Shown piece after piece: positions 50,478 through 59,142 of a stretch of DNA of 64,000 nucleotides (position 1 is its first letter; each line of letters opens with the position of its first letter). A model generated the notes under the pieces. It was not told where the DNA came from and ran no database searches. It worked only from the letters and a program-made list of their open reading frames with translations. Position numbers and translations under genes: made by a program. The stretch comes from Spirochaetota bacterium (GTDB taxonomy: Bacteria > Spirochaetota > UBA4802 > UBA5550), in the NCBI GenBank assembly GCA_963663865.1, contig OY760686.1, forward strand, positions 2,144,001-2,208,000, in the 5' to 3' direction.

Positions 50478-51608
50478 CTACAGAAGGGGCTCTGTCAGCC
50501 TGAACACTATACTGTCGGTTAGAATGATTTTATCCGCGGGGATTCTGATATTGCCCGTCAAGGCAGCGACCTCCAGAAGGCCCTCATCCTCAAGCCGTTC
50601 CAGAATCTGAACCGATTCGGCAGGAAGCCCCCTGCCGAAAACCCTGGTAAACCGTTCAAGGCTGATTCCGGCTGCGAGCCTCAAACCCGTCATGAGGAAT
50701 TCAGCCATCGCTGATTTTTCACCTCTGGAATCAAGCTCAGGCTCCATGTAAGCTCCGCCCATATAAAGACCGGCATCAGGCGGATTGTGAGTGCGATACC
50801 CTCCGAAAAAGCTGTGAGCTGAAGGACCCAGCCCGATGTATGGGCTGAAATCCCAGTATTTCATGTTGTGCCTGGAGTAAAATCCCGGCAAAGAGAAGTT
50901 CGACACCTCATACTGCTCATATCCGGCTGAATGCAGCTGTGAACAGAGAACGCTGAACGACTCCGCCTGGTGCTTTTCAAAGGCATCGTCAGCAGCGATA
51001 CGCCCTGCGAGAGGCGTGCCGTGCTCAAGCGTCAGCATATAGGCGGAAACATGCGCTGGTCTGTAAGATATAAGGGTATTAAGTACATTTTCAAGCTCCT
51101 TCATCGACTGACCCGGAATTCCGTAAATCACATCAACGCAGTGAGAAAAGCCGCCGGCCGCAAAGAACATATCGAGCACTTCACAGGTACATAGCTTTGT
51201 TGAGCGCCCTATAACGCTGTGCGCGGCTGCATCAAGGGTCTGAACTCCCAAAACCATGCGGTTGATGCCCGCGCTGGCAAGAAATTCAAGCCTGGCCGGG
51301 CTTACATCCTCGGGATTGAGCTCAATCGAAATTTCAGCCTCATCATCTACGCCGAAGACCCCACGGGCGAGCTCCATTATCTCTTCAATTCCGTGGCCTG
51401 ACAGGAGCCCGGGGCTGCCGCCTCCCAGGTAGAGGGTGTCGCAGTTCGGGCCCCGGCTGCCGAAACGCGAAGCCGCTTCTCTCTTGAGCGAGGATATGAA
51501 TTCCTGTTCAGGTACGCCCTTCTCACCGCCGCAGGGCAAAGAATAGAAGGCACAGTACGCGCAGCTTGACCTGCAAAAAGGAAAGTGGACGTAGAGGCCG
51601 GGCTTCAC
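50478..51608 (-). CDS. hemW: Radical SAM heme chaperone HemW
   Basis: LYVHFPFCRSSCAYCAF, YEVSNF, HNMKYW, GLGPSAHS; GTG start overlapping the nagZ stop. Confidence 0.88.
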   Translation of the reverse strand: MKPGLYVHFPFCRSSCAYCAFYSLPCGGEKGVPEQEFISSLKREAASRFGSRGPNCDTLYLGGGSPGLLSGHGIEEIMELARGVFGVDDEAEISIELNPEDVSPARLEFLASAGINRMVLGVQTLDAAAHSVIGRSTKLCTCEVLDMFFAAGGFSHCVDVIYGIPGQSMKELENVLNTLISYRPAHVSAYMLTLEHGTPLAGRIAADDAFEKHQAESFSVLCSQLHSAGYEQYEVSNFSLPGFYSRHNMKYWDFSPYIGLGPSAHSFFGGYRTHNPPDAGLYMGGAYMEPELDSRGEKSAMAEFLMTGLRLAAGISLERFTRVFGRGLPAESVQILERLEDEGLLEVAALTGNIRIPADKIILTDSIVFRLTEPLL

Positions 51609-53245
51609 TATTCAGTCCGCGGAGTCAGCATGAGAGGAGCGCTCTGAGCCGGAATTATCTCTCCTGAAAAGACACCGGCAGCAGCCCTCATTGACTCAGC
51701 CGTTGTTGAAAAAGTATAAAGGACGGTAATACCATCAAGCGCCGCGGCCACTGGGAAGGGGTTCCCTGTCGAAATGACAACCGGCTCGCAACCAGCGTTT
51801 TCCAACTCGCCGGCAGCCTTTCGGAGGGCTCTGATGCTGAACGACTCAGCGTGCAGAACAACAAGCGCCCCCTTCACGCTTCCCGCCTCTTTCATAGCCG
51901 AGGTGAGAGTTTCGTGAACCATACTTCCAGTCCTGTTCTTTATTTCTTCAGCAAGAGCTTTACTCCGCGAGACGAATATCTTTCGAAAATCCTTGCTTTT
52001 AAGCTTTGACGCGTCCCCAACGCAGAGCAGACCTTTTTCTGAAAGCTCCCTGTTTACCGATGCCGCCTTTTTCAGCAGAGAGGCCCCCTCTTCGCCGGGG
52101 TTGTATTCAGCCGACACGAATTCCCTGCCGTTTCTTTTCATGATGCCCCGGGTAAGCTTGAGTGACATTACCCTCTTCACCGATTCATTTATCCTCATCT
52201 CCGTGAGCCGGCCTGCCCTGTAAGCGTTCATAAGGGCGTCTCGAATTTTGCGGATATTCTTCCCGTATGAGCTTATCAGCACAATGTCCGCTCCCGCTTC
52301 TACAGACCTCATCGCGGCTTCACCGATATCGATCCGCTTCGAGACAGCGTTCATCTCCATGTCGTCGGTCATTACTATTCCCCTGAAGTTCATCCGCTTT
52401 CTCAAAACCTCAGTCAAAAAGAAGGGGGATATCGTAGCGGAATCCATACTGCCTACTATCTCCGGAAAGGCTATATGTGCAGTCATGACGCAATCAACCC
52501 CCGACTCCACTGCCTTTCTGAAAGGCATCAGCTCAACCTGTTCCAGGCGCTCCATCCTGTGCCTTACAACCGGCAGAGAGCGGTGAGAATCTGTATCCGT
52601 GTCGCCATGCCCCGGGAAATGTTTTGCAACGGCGGCACAGCCGGACTCCTGAAGTCCCCTTATGTAGGCGGCTCCCAGTTTTGAAACAAGAACAGGGTCC
52701 GAACCAAAGGACCTGGTGTTGATAACAGGGTTTGCCGGGTTGTTGTTTACGTCAACATCGGGAGCGAGATTCATGTTAACACCGCACATGCCGAGCTCAG
52801 TCCCGAGAATCCGTCCCCAGCTGTAAACAAGTTCCGCGTCTCCTGAAACACCCGCCGCCATATTCCCCGGGAACTGAGTAACTCCATCTTTAAGCCTGAC
52901 CACCCTGCCTCCTTCCTGGTCCATTGAAACGAAAAGAGGCAGCGATTTGGCGGCAGCTGACTGATTTTGAAGGTCTTTTATATACTGCTTAACTCCCTCC
53001 ATAGAGGAAACATTGTAGCCAAAGAGAATGACTCCACCAGGCCTGATATCATCTATGATATCAGAAGCGGCTTTGTTAATAGACTTTCCCGGAATCGATA
53101 CCATGAGCATCTGGCCAACTTTTTCCTCGACGCTCAGGCTGCTTATTTCATCCTCTGAGCACTCAACAGCAAGTGACTTCCTGCCGCATGAGAGCAGAAG
53201 GCTGAAACAGGCTATTAAAAGTATCGCAAAAAGGCGTTTTTCCAT
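51608..53245 (-). CDS. nagZ: GH3 beta-N-acetylhexosaminidase lipoprotein
   Basis: Lipobox LLSC; DQEGG, RSFG, KHFPGHG..DSH, MTAH, TDDMEM; ATG 53245 behind AGAGGA. Confidence 0.9.
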   Translation of the reverse strand: MEKRLFAILLIACFSLLLSCGRKSLAVECSEDEISSLSVEEKVGQMLMVSIPGKSINKAASDIIDDIRPGGVILFGYNVSSMEGVKQYIKDLQNQSAAAKSLPLFVSMDQEGGRVVRLKDGVTQFPGNMAAGVSGDAELVYSWGRILGTELGMCGVNMNLAPDVDVNNNPANPVINTRSFGSDPVLVSKLGAAYIRGLQESGCAAVAKHFPGHGDTDTDSHRSLPVVRHRMERLEQVELMPFRKAVESGVDCVMTAHIAFPEIVGSMDSATISPFFLTEVLRKRMNFRGIVMTDDMEMNAVSKRIDIGEAAMRSVEAGADIVLISSYGKNIRKIRDALMNAYRAGRLTEMRINESVKRVMSLKLTRGIMKRNGREFVSAEYNPGEEGASLLKKAASVNRELSEKGLLCVGDASKLKSKDFRKIFVSRSKALAEEIKNRTGSMVHETLTSAMKEAGSVKGALVVLHAESFSIRALRKAAGELENAGCEPVVISTGNPFPVAAALDGITVLYTFSTTAESMRAAAGVFSGEIIPAQSAPLMLTPRTE

Positions 53246-53523
53246 ATAATTCCTCTGATATTTTGAAAATAATTTCCCTAAATCAGGACTTTTAAAAGAA
53301 AATTTTAGAGCCAACCTGTACTATATCAGGTCTGACTGATCTAATCGTATTATTATCACTTTTAAGACAGATTGAGCACAAGACCTTTTTGAAGTAAAAT
53401 TAATTTAATTATTGCTTTTTATGTCATATGGTGACAGACAAAGAATAAAGAGATGTTTTCGACGTTGCGGCTCAAGCTTATATTAACATTTTTGTTAAGC
53501 TGTTTACTTTCTCCTGACGAGTA

Positions 53524-54141
53524 ATGAAGAATTTGAATGAACCTGCGGATATGACCATTAAAAAAAAAGAAATTACCTTTCTGGACAGCTTTGAAGCTGA
53601 TGTATCGGTTGTTCCCGTAATAATTGACACACTCATCGGCCACCTCAGGGACCAGCGCTATCCTCAGCCTGACATAGATGAAATAGTCCTGTCTATGGAC
53701 GAATCTGTAACAAATGCCATACAGGGCACAATTAAAAAAAACCGCTCAATGGGCTTCTCCGGAGGCATGAAAGAGATAACAATAAGATACACTATCAGCA
53801 GCGACGAGTTTCACGCGACAGTCATCGACCATGGAAGCGGCCTGGACCTTTTCAACAAGCTCGAAGAGGTGCCTGACATGAATTCAGACAGCTACCATAA
53901 CCAGGTAATCCTATACGCCTCTGATTCAGAGAAAAATAAAATAAGGGTAACAGTCAACGGTGAGGAGATACCGCTTAAGGGGATCGGAGCCGGCCTCAAA
54001 ATCATTCTGCACTTTATGGATTCGGTCACGATTGATCTCATAGACAGAAAACACATGATTTCACCAATGGTGTCCGAAACCACGGACGGTACCATCCTCA
54101 ACATGAAAAGATGCCCAAGATACAGGGAAACACGAAGATGA
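53524..54141 (+). CDS. RsbW/SpoIIAB-like anti-sigma factor (HATPase_c_2) with long ATP-lid insertion
   Basis: ESVTNAI, VIDHGSG, GAGLKIILHFMDSV, DGTILNMKR. Confidence 0.75.
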   Translation: MKNLNEPADMTIKKKEITFLDSFEADVSVVPVIIDTLIGHLRDQRYPQPDIDEIVLSMDESVTNAIQGTIKKNRSMGFSGGMKEITIRYTISSDEFHATVIDHGSGLDLFNKLEEVPDMNSDSYHNQVILYASDSEKNKIRVTVNGEEIPLKGIGAGLKIILHFMDSVTIDLIDRKHMISPMVSETTDGTILNMKRCPRYRETRR

Positions 54142-54875
54142 AAACAGAACCCAGACTGGCATATGAAAATGAAGAGTTTCTGCACTCAAGAGAAGCAAGA
54201 CCTCTGCGGATACTGAGCGAATATCTTGACGCCGAAAAGCGCTTCAACCGCATGAACGTCATGCATACAGTCGTATTTTTCGGCTCGGCGCGTACGGCCC
54301 CCGGAAGTCCCTGGTACAGCGCAGCCGAAGAATTCGCTTTTCGGCTGACCGCGCTAAGCCGGGAGATTGAGAAAGTGAGCGGCCATGGATTTTACATCTG
54401 CACCGGAGGCGGCCCCGGCATCATGGAAGCCGCTAACAGGGGCGCGTCAAGGGGCGGCGCGGAAACAATCGGACTCAACATAGAGCTGCCCTTCGAGCAG
54501 GGAAGCAATCCGTACATAACCGATGACCTGAACTTTCAGTTCAACTACTTCTTCATGCGAAAATACTGGTTCCTCTACCACGCGAAGGCCGTTGTAGTTT
54601 TCCCCGGCGGTTTTGGAACCCTCGATGAACTCTTTGAAACGCTCACCCTTGCCCAGACCCACAAGCTGCTAAAAAAGGATCTTCCTGTACTTCTCTACGA
54701 TGAAAGTTTCTGGAAAAGACTCGTCAACTTTGATACCCTGGTCGAAGAAGGGCTGATATCTCCTGAAGACCTGGGGCTCGTCCGCTTTTTTCAGGATCCT
54801 GAAGAGGGCATTGAACTCATACGCCCGGGCCTTACTAAGCTTATAAGCCATATTGCATACTATCACGGTATATAG
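54138..54875 (+). CDS. LOG-family nucleotide monophosphate nucleosidase (TIGR00730-like)
   Basis: FFGSAR, TGGGPGIMEAANRG, YFFMRK, PGGFGTLDE; ATGA overlap with the previous stop. Confidence 0.9.
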   Translation: MKTEPRLAYENEEFLHSREARPLRILSEYLDAEKRFNRMNVMHTVVFFGSARTAPGSPWYSAAEEFAFRLTALSREIEKVSGHGFYICTGGGPGIMEAANRGASRGGAETIGLNIELPFEQGSNPYITDDLNFQFNYFFMRKYWFLYHAKAVVVFPGGFGTLDELFETLTLAQTHKLLKKDLPVLLYDESFWKRLVNFDTLVEEGLISPEDLGLVRFFQDPEEGIELIRPGLTKLISHIAYYHGI

Positions 54876-54877
54876 CT

Positions 54878-55456
54878 ATGTTCATGCCGGAACAAAAAAA
54901 GAGATCCTGCCATGCAGTCATAATGCTGATACTCCTGACAGCATCGGTATCGAATATTTATCCGGATGAGAAGTACAGTCGAATAGGCATTGGTGAGTTT
55001 GGAATCTCGTTCCTTGCTCCGGAATCATTTTCCCGCACAGAATCGGCAACCTCATACCGCTGCGTAATAGTCATGAACGGCCCCGGCAGCGCCAGAATTA
55101 CAATCTACACGGCGCTGCGCGATGACGAAGAGACACGCCGATGGGCCAGTTTCAAAGAGTGGTACTTCAAAGACAGGCCTCGCCCCGTCAGGTCGATTCT
55201 TGGCGTGCGGGAGGCCAATGTATTCTCCGGCCAGAAGGGCGATATTCACATATATGAGTCAGGACGCGGGAAAAACAGGCTCATATCAAGACTGATGATA
55301 ATTACAGGCGACAGACATGTAACTTCAGTTGAGTGCACAGCGCCTACAAAAGGATTCTATCAAAACACCGAAATATTCAACACGGTCATGGCAAGCATTA
55401 TACCTGAAGGAATTCAGAGAAATAAAAATCAAGGGTTGGATGAGGACTTACATTAG
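54878..55456 (+). CDS. Hypothetical exported protein
   Basis: N-terminal hydrophobic segment; GISFLAPESF...SVECTAP...FNTVMASI is reminiscent of a PsbP/Mog1-like pattern (weak). Confidence 0.6.
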   Translation: MFMPEQKKRSCHAVIMLILLTASVSNIYPDEKYSRIGIGEFGISFLAPESFSRTESATSYRCVIVMNGPGSARITIYTALRDDEETRRWASFKEWYFKDRPRPVRSILGVREANVFSGQKGDIHIYESGRGKNRLISRLMIITGDRHVTSVECTAPTKGFYQNTEIFNTVMASIIPEGIQRNKNQGLDEDLH

Positions 55457-55464
55457 AAAGTATG

Positions 55465-55549
55465 TGCCCAGGGAGGGAATCGAACCCTCACGGACACAAG
55501 GTCCAAGGGATTTTAAGTCCCTTGTGTCTACCAATTCCACCACCTGGGC
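55465..55549 (-). tRNA. tRNA-Leu(TAA)
   Basis: GCCCAGGTGGTGGAATTGGTAGACACAAGGGACTTAAAATCCCT...GTTCGATTCCCTCCCTGGGCA; CCA not encoded. Confidence 0.96.
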
Positions 55550-55560
55550 AAAAAAAAATG

Positions 55561-55632
55561 AGGCGCCGAGCGGATTCGAACCGCTGCATGAAGGCTTTGC
55601 AGGCCTCTCCCTTACCGCTTGGGTACGGCGCC
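55561..55632 (-). tRNA. tRNA-Cys(GCA)
   Basis: GGCGCCGTACCCAAGCGGTAAGGGAGAGGCCTGCAAAGCCTTCATGCAGCGGTTCGAATCCGCTCGGCGCCT; CCA not encoded. Confidence 0.96.
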
Positions 55633-55731
55633 GTTGAAGTATAGGTATCCATATATTTTACGGGCCTGTATTGTCAACTCAAATAATTATTAGACTATAC
55701 AAACAGTGTACATTCGCTGAAGAAGGAGAGA

Positions 55732-56940
55732 TTGATGAATAACGCAATGATTGTAACATACCTTCGAACACCCGTATGCCGTAAAGATAAAGGCGCGCTG
55801 GCAACAACCAGACCGGAAGATCTGATATCGCATGTCATGAAGAGCACATTGAACAAATCAGGCCTTCCTGCGGATAAGCTTGACGACGTAATGATAGGCT
55901 GCGCCTTCCCCGAAGCGGAACAGGGCTCGAACATAGGGCGCATGGCAGTACATCTCGCGGGCTTTCCTGACACTGTACCGGGCGCTACCATCAACAGACT
56001 TTGCGCCTCCGGACTCGAGGCGGCAGCAATCTGCTCCATGCGCATAATGTCAGGCTGGTCTGAAGCGTCCATCGCTGGAGGGGTTGAATCTATGAGCCAT
56101 GTTCCCATGTGGGGGAACCGGCACTCTCCCCATCCGGTTCTGCAGTCTGAACGCCCTGACGTCTACACCCCGATGGGCATTACCGCCGAAAATATAGCCG
56201 CCAGATATAACATAAGCAGGGACGACCAGGACATATTCGCCTACAACTCGCACATGAAGGCCGCGAAAGCCCGTGAAGAATCCCTGTTCACAGAGATTGA
56301 TCCCTTTCCGGTCATAACAACCTTTCACAACCCTGACGGCAACTATACGACTGAAACCAGGCTTCAGACTTTCGACGACGGCATCAGGGCGGACACCAAT
56401 CTGGAAAAGCTGAGCACTCTGAAGCCGGCCTTCCTGGAGAACGGCACCGTAACAGCCGGAAACAGCTCGCAGATGAGCGACGGAGCCGCCGCGATCCTGT
56501 TTGCTTCAGAAAAAACCTGCTCCGAATACGCCCTGAAGCCGGCTGCTCAGTTCATGCACTATTCAACGGCGGGTTGCAGGCCCGACGAAATGGGAGCCGG
56601 GCCTGTATACGCAGTCAGAAAGCTCCTCAAGGAAACTTCTTTAAAGCCTGAGGATATTGACCTCTGGGAAATCAACGAGGCTTTCGCTTCCCAGGCGATT
56701 TACTGCGCGCGAGAGCTCGGTATCGGCGACGAAAAGTACTGGGAAGCCGGAAGCCCGTCTCTAAAGCTCAATATCAACGGAGGTGCGATAGCCATAGGTC
56801 ATCCGTTAGGCTGTTCAGGTGCGCGAATCACAGCCTCGCTCGTCAACTCAATGGTGGAGAGAGGCTCCAGATACGGCATTGCTGCCCTGTGTATCGGCGG
56901 AGGCATGGGGGCCGCAGCACTTATCAGGCTTGCGGAATGA
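55732..56940 (+). CDS. Acetyl-CoA C-acyltransferase (thiolase)
   Basis: INRLCASGL, GGVESMS, AGNSSQMSDGAA, NEAFA, GHPLG, LCIGGGMG. Confidence 0.95.
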   Translation: MMNNAMIVTYLRTPVCRKDKGALATTRPEDLISHVMKSTLNKSGLPADKLDDVMIGCAFPEAEQGSNIGRMAVHLAGFPDTVPGATINRLCASGLEAAAICSMRIMSGWSEASIAGGVESMSHVPMWGNRHSPHPVLQSERPDVYTPMGITAENIAARYNISRDDQDIFAYNSHMKAAKAREESLFTEIDPFPVITTFHNPDGNYTTETRLQTFDDGIRADTNLEKLSTLKPAFLENGTVTAGNSSQMSDGAAAILFASEKTCSEYALKPAAQFMHYSTAGCRPDEMGAGPVYAVRKLLKETSLKPEDIDLWEINEAFASQAIYCARELGIGDEKYWEAGSPSLKLNINGGAIAIGHPLGCSGARITASLVNSMVERGSRYGIAALCIGGGMGAAALIRLAE

Positions 56941-57124
56941 AGTTCTCTACAGAAAGTCTGTTATTTTTCCGATAATGACATATAGCATTGGTTTTTATTT
57001 AGTGGAGTGGTCTAATAAAAACAGACTGGACTATGCCGGACTTGATTTCTCAGCAGCACATTTCCAGTTAATTCAGAAATTGTGACGCTGATGCGGCACA
57101 ATAAAAGTTGACGGAGTAACCAAT

Positions 57125-57271
57125 ATGCCAAAACTAACTGAAGGAAGCAGCGTAAGGCAGAGACAGATAGACTGCTTCAGAAAATATCTCGCGACCTTTA
57201 ACACCGGCAGCCCGCAGTACAGGCGAATTCTTGAAGGTATCGAGCAGTTGGAACGAATTTCCGCGGGTTGA
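57125..57271 (+). CDS. Small hypothetical protein (48 aa)
   Basis: Below the ORF-track cutoff. GGAG 8 nt before ATG; MPKLTEGSSVRQRQIDCFRKYLATFNTGSPQYRRILEGIEQLERISAG; ends 7 nt before the next ATG. Confidence 0.55.
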   Translation: MPKLTEGSSVRQRQIDCFRKYLATFNTGSPQYRRILEGIEQLERISAG

Positions 57272-57278
57272 TTTGATA

Positions 57279-57884
57279 ATGAGTGATGATAAGAGTTTCA
57301 GAGACAGGATTCTTGACAGAGTATATGGAAACACCAGAGACACCAGAAAATCCGGGAAAAAAAAGTACTCAAAAATCGTCCTGTTGATTGACATTGCGCT
57401 GCTTGCCGTGATCTTTATGCTCTACTACAATAGAGATGACGACAGCATATATGAATCATCTGTCGTAAACTACGGCGATGTAAAAATCCGCTTCTCCGCG
57501 GCATCGGAACACGATGAAAAATCGGTTATCTACACCCTTTCGATGAAGTCTTCCTCCAAAGTGCCTCTCACGTTGAGGTTCCCCGGTGAAGTCGGAAAAA
57601 TCTGCATCCGCACAGGCGAAACAGATGTCGACTGTATCGGTTTAGGCGAAGGGGTTGACAGCATTACACTGCAGCCGGATACTCCGAAGACCTTCGCCGC
57701 CCAGTTCAATATTTCAAGCCTGCGAAGGGCCTTCAGACTGACATCGGAATACAAGCCTCCAAAACCCAGTCTGTTCTCGCCCGCAGAAACTACCGCGGCA
57801 ATCGTATCAACGGCTTCGATCAACCTCGAACCACGTATTGAAACATCCATTACTTACAGAATTGGAGTTCCTTATGAAAAATAG
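57279..57884 (+). CDS. Membrane-anchored hypothetical protein with possible Ig-like (BsuPI-like) domain
   Basis: Basic N-terminus, single TM, beta-rich C-terminal part (TLSMKS...LTLRFP...[11 protein letters not shown]). Confidence 0.6.
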   Translation: MSDDKSFRDRILDRVYGNTRDTRKSGKKKYSKIVLLIDIALLAVIFMLYYNRDDDSIYESSVVNYGDVKIRFSAASEHDEKSVIYTLSMKSSSKVPLTLRFPGEVGKICIRTGETDVDCIGLGEGVDSITLQPDTPKTFAAQFNISSLRRAFRLTSEYKPPKPSLFSPAETTAAIVSTASINLEPRIETSITYRIGVPYEK

Positions 57885-58341
57885 GCCCGGATGGGACGAA
57901 TACTTTATGAAGATTGCGCATGATGTTGCTACCAGGTCGACCTGTATTAGACGTAATGTCGGGGCCGTCATTATCAGGGATAAGCGCATTCTTTCCACCG
58001 GTTATAACGGCCCTCCAACTGGAATCTCACACTGCACTCCTGAAACCTGTCTCAGGACAAAGTTCAATGTTCCATCAGGAGAAAAGCATGAGCTGTGCCG
58101 GGGGCTTCATGCTGAGCAGAATGCAATTATTCAAGCCGCCTATCACGGCGTTCAGATTAAGGGCGGAACGATATACGTGACACATCAGCCGTGTTCCATC
58201 TGTACAAAGATGCTGATCAACAGCGGAATTGTCCGGTTTATTTTCCGCCACCCCTACTCCGACCCTCTCGCGATTGAGATGTCCGAGGAAGCCGGAATCG
58301 AACTCGTAAAATTTGATTCAGATGAAAACAACATTAAATAG
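57874..58341 (+). CDS. dCMP deaminase (ComEB-like)
   Basis: [28 protein letters not shown]; ATG 57874 behind GGAG. Confidence 0.92.
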   Translation: MKNRPGWDEYFMKIAHDVATRSTCIRRNVGAVIIRDKRILSTGYNGPPTGISHCTPETCLRTKFNVPSGEKHELCRGLHAEQNAIIQAAYHGVQIKGGTIYVTHQPCSICTKMLINSGIVRFIFRHPYSDPLAIEMSEEAGIELVKFDSDENNIK

Positions 58342-58416
58342 ACACGAACCAGATTTATTTTTGTATCTTGAAGCAGTAACTATTGAGTTATTAAGGATAT
58401 TAACGCGGAGTTTTTG

Positions 58417-59127
58417 ATGAGACTATTCACTGCATGCACCGCCCTGTTATTATCGTTTTTTATGACTTTCAGCGCGGCTGTCCTGTCGCAGGAAAACCGT
58501 GATGACCCTTTCAAAAGAGGGGCGGCATATTTCTTTCAGAAAAAATATGAGATGGCCGAGGTTCTTCTTCAGGAAGCGCTGAAGAAAGATCCTGAGAACT
58601 GGCGTATTTACGCCTATCTTGGCGATATCTTTCTGACAAAGAAACGCTATGACGCAGCAATGAACATGTATTTAAAAACAGTGGATATTGCTCCATCAGT
58701 CGCTGAAAACTATTTCAGACTCGGCCAGGTGTATTACTATAAAAAAATGGGGGATGAAGCCGTCCGGAATTTCAAGCTCGCTGAAGGGCTTGACCCGACC
58801 ATGAAGTTTGCAGCTTACCACACCGGCCTCACCTATCTCATGCTTCTGCGCGACAAACAGAATACTATCAGCAGCTGGGAAAGGTTTCTACAATTGGCTC
58901 CGGAGGATCCCCAATATGACAGCATCAAACGTGTTGTAGAGCTTCTAAAAAACCCGGATTTCGTAATACCCCCGCAGGGCAGTGAGATTACAATAGAGGA
59001 AGCGCTGCTTCTGGGTGGCGCTGCCTTAACGACTGCCGAAAGGAAGGCCGCTGACAGGAAAGCGGGAGCTGAGACAAAAAAAACCAAAAACACCGTCGAA
59101 GGGCTGTATCTTGACGACGAACTGTAA
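58417..59127 (+). CDS. Exported TPR protein
   Basis: Signal peptide; about 4 TPR units (YAYLGDIF, YFRLGQVY, AYHTGLTY). Confidence 0.85.
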   Translation: MRLFTACTALLLSFFMTFSAAVLSQENRDDPFKRGAAYFFQKKYEMAEVLLQEALKKDPENWRIYAYLGDIFLTKKRYDAAMNMYLKTVDIAPSVAENYFRLGQVYYYKKMGDEAVRNFKLAEGLDPTMKFAAYHTGLTYLMLLRDKQNTISSWERFLQLAPEDPQYDSIKRVVELLKNPDFVIPPQGSEITIEEALLLGGAALTTAERKAADRKAGAETKKTKNTVEGLYLDDEL

Positions 59128-59142
59128 TCAGGGAGGAAATAC

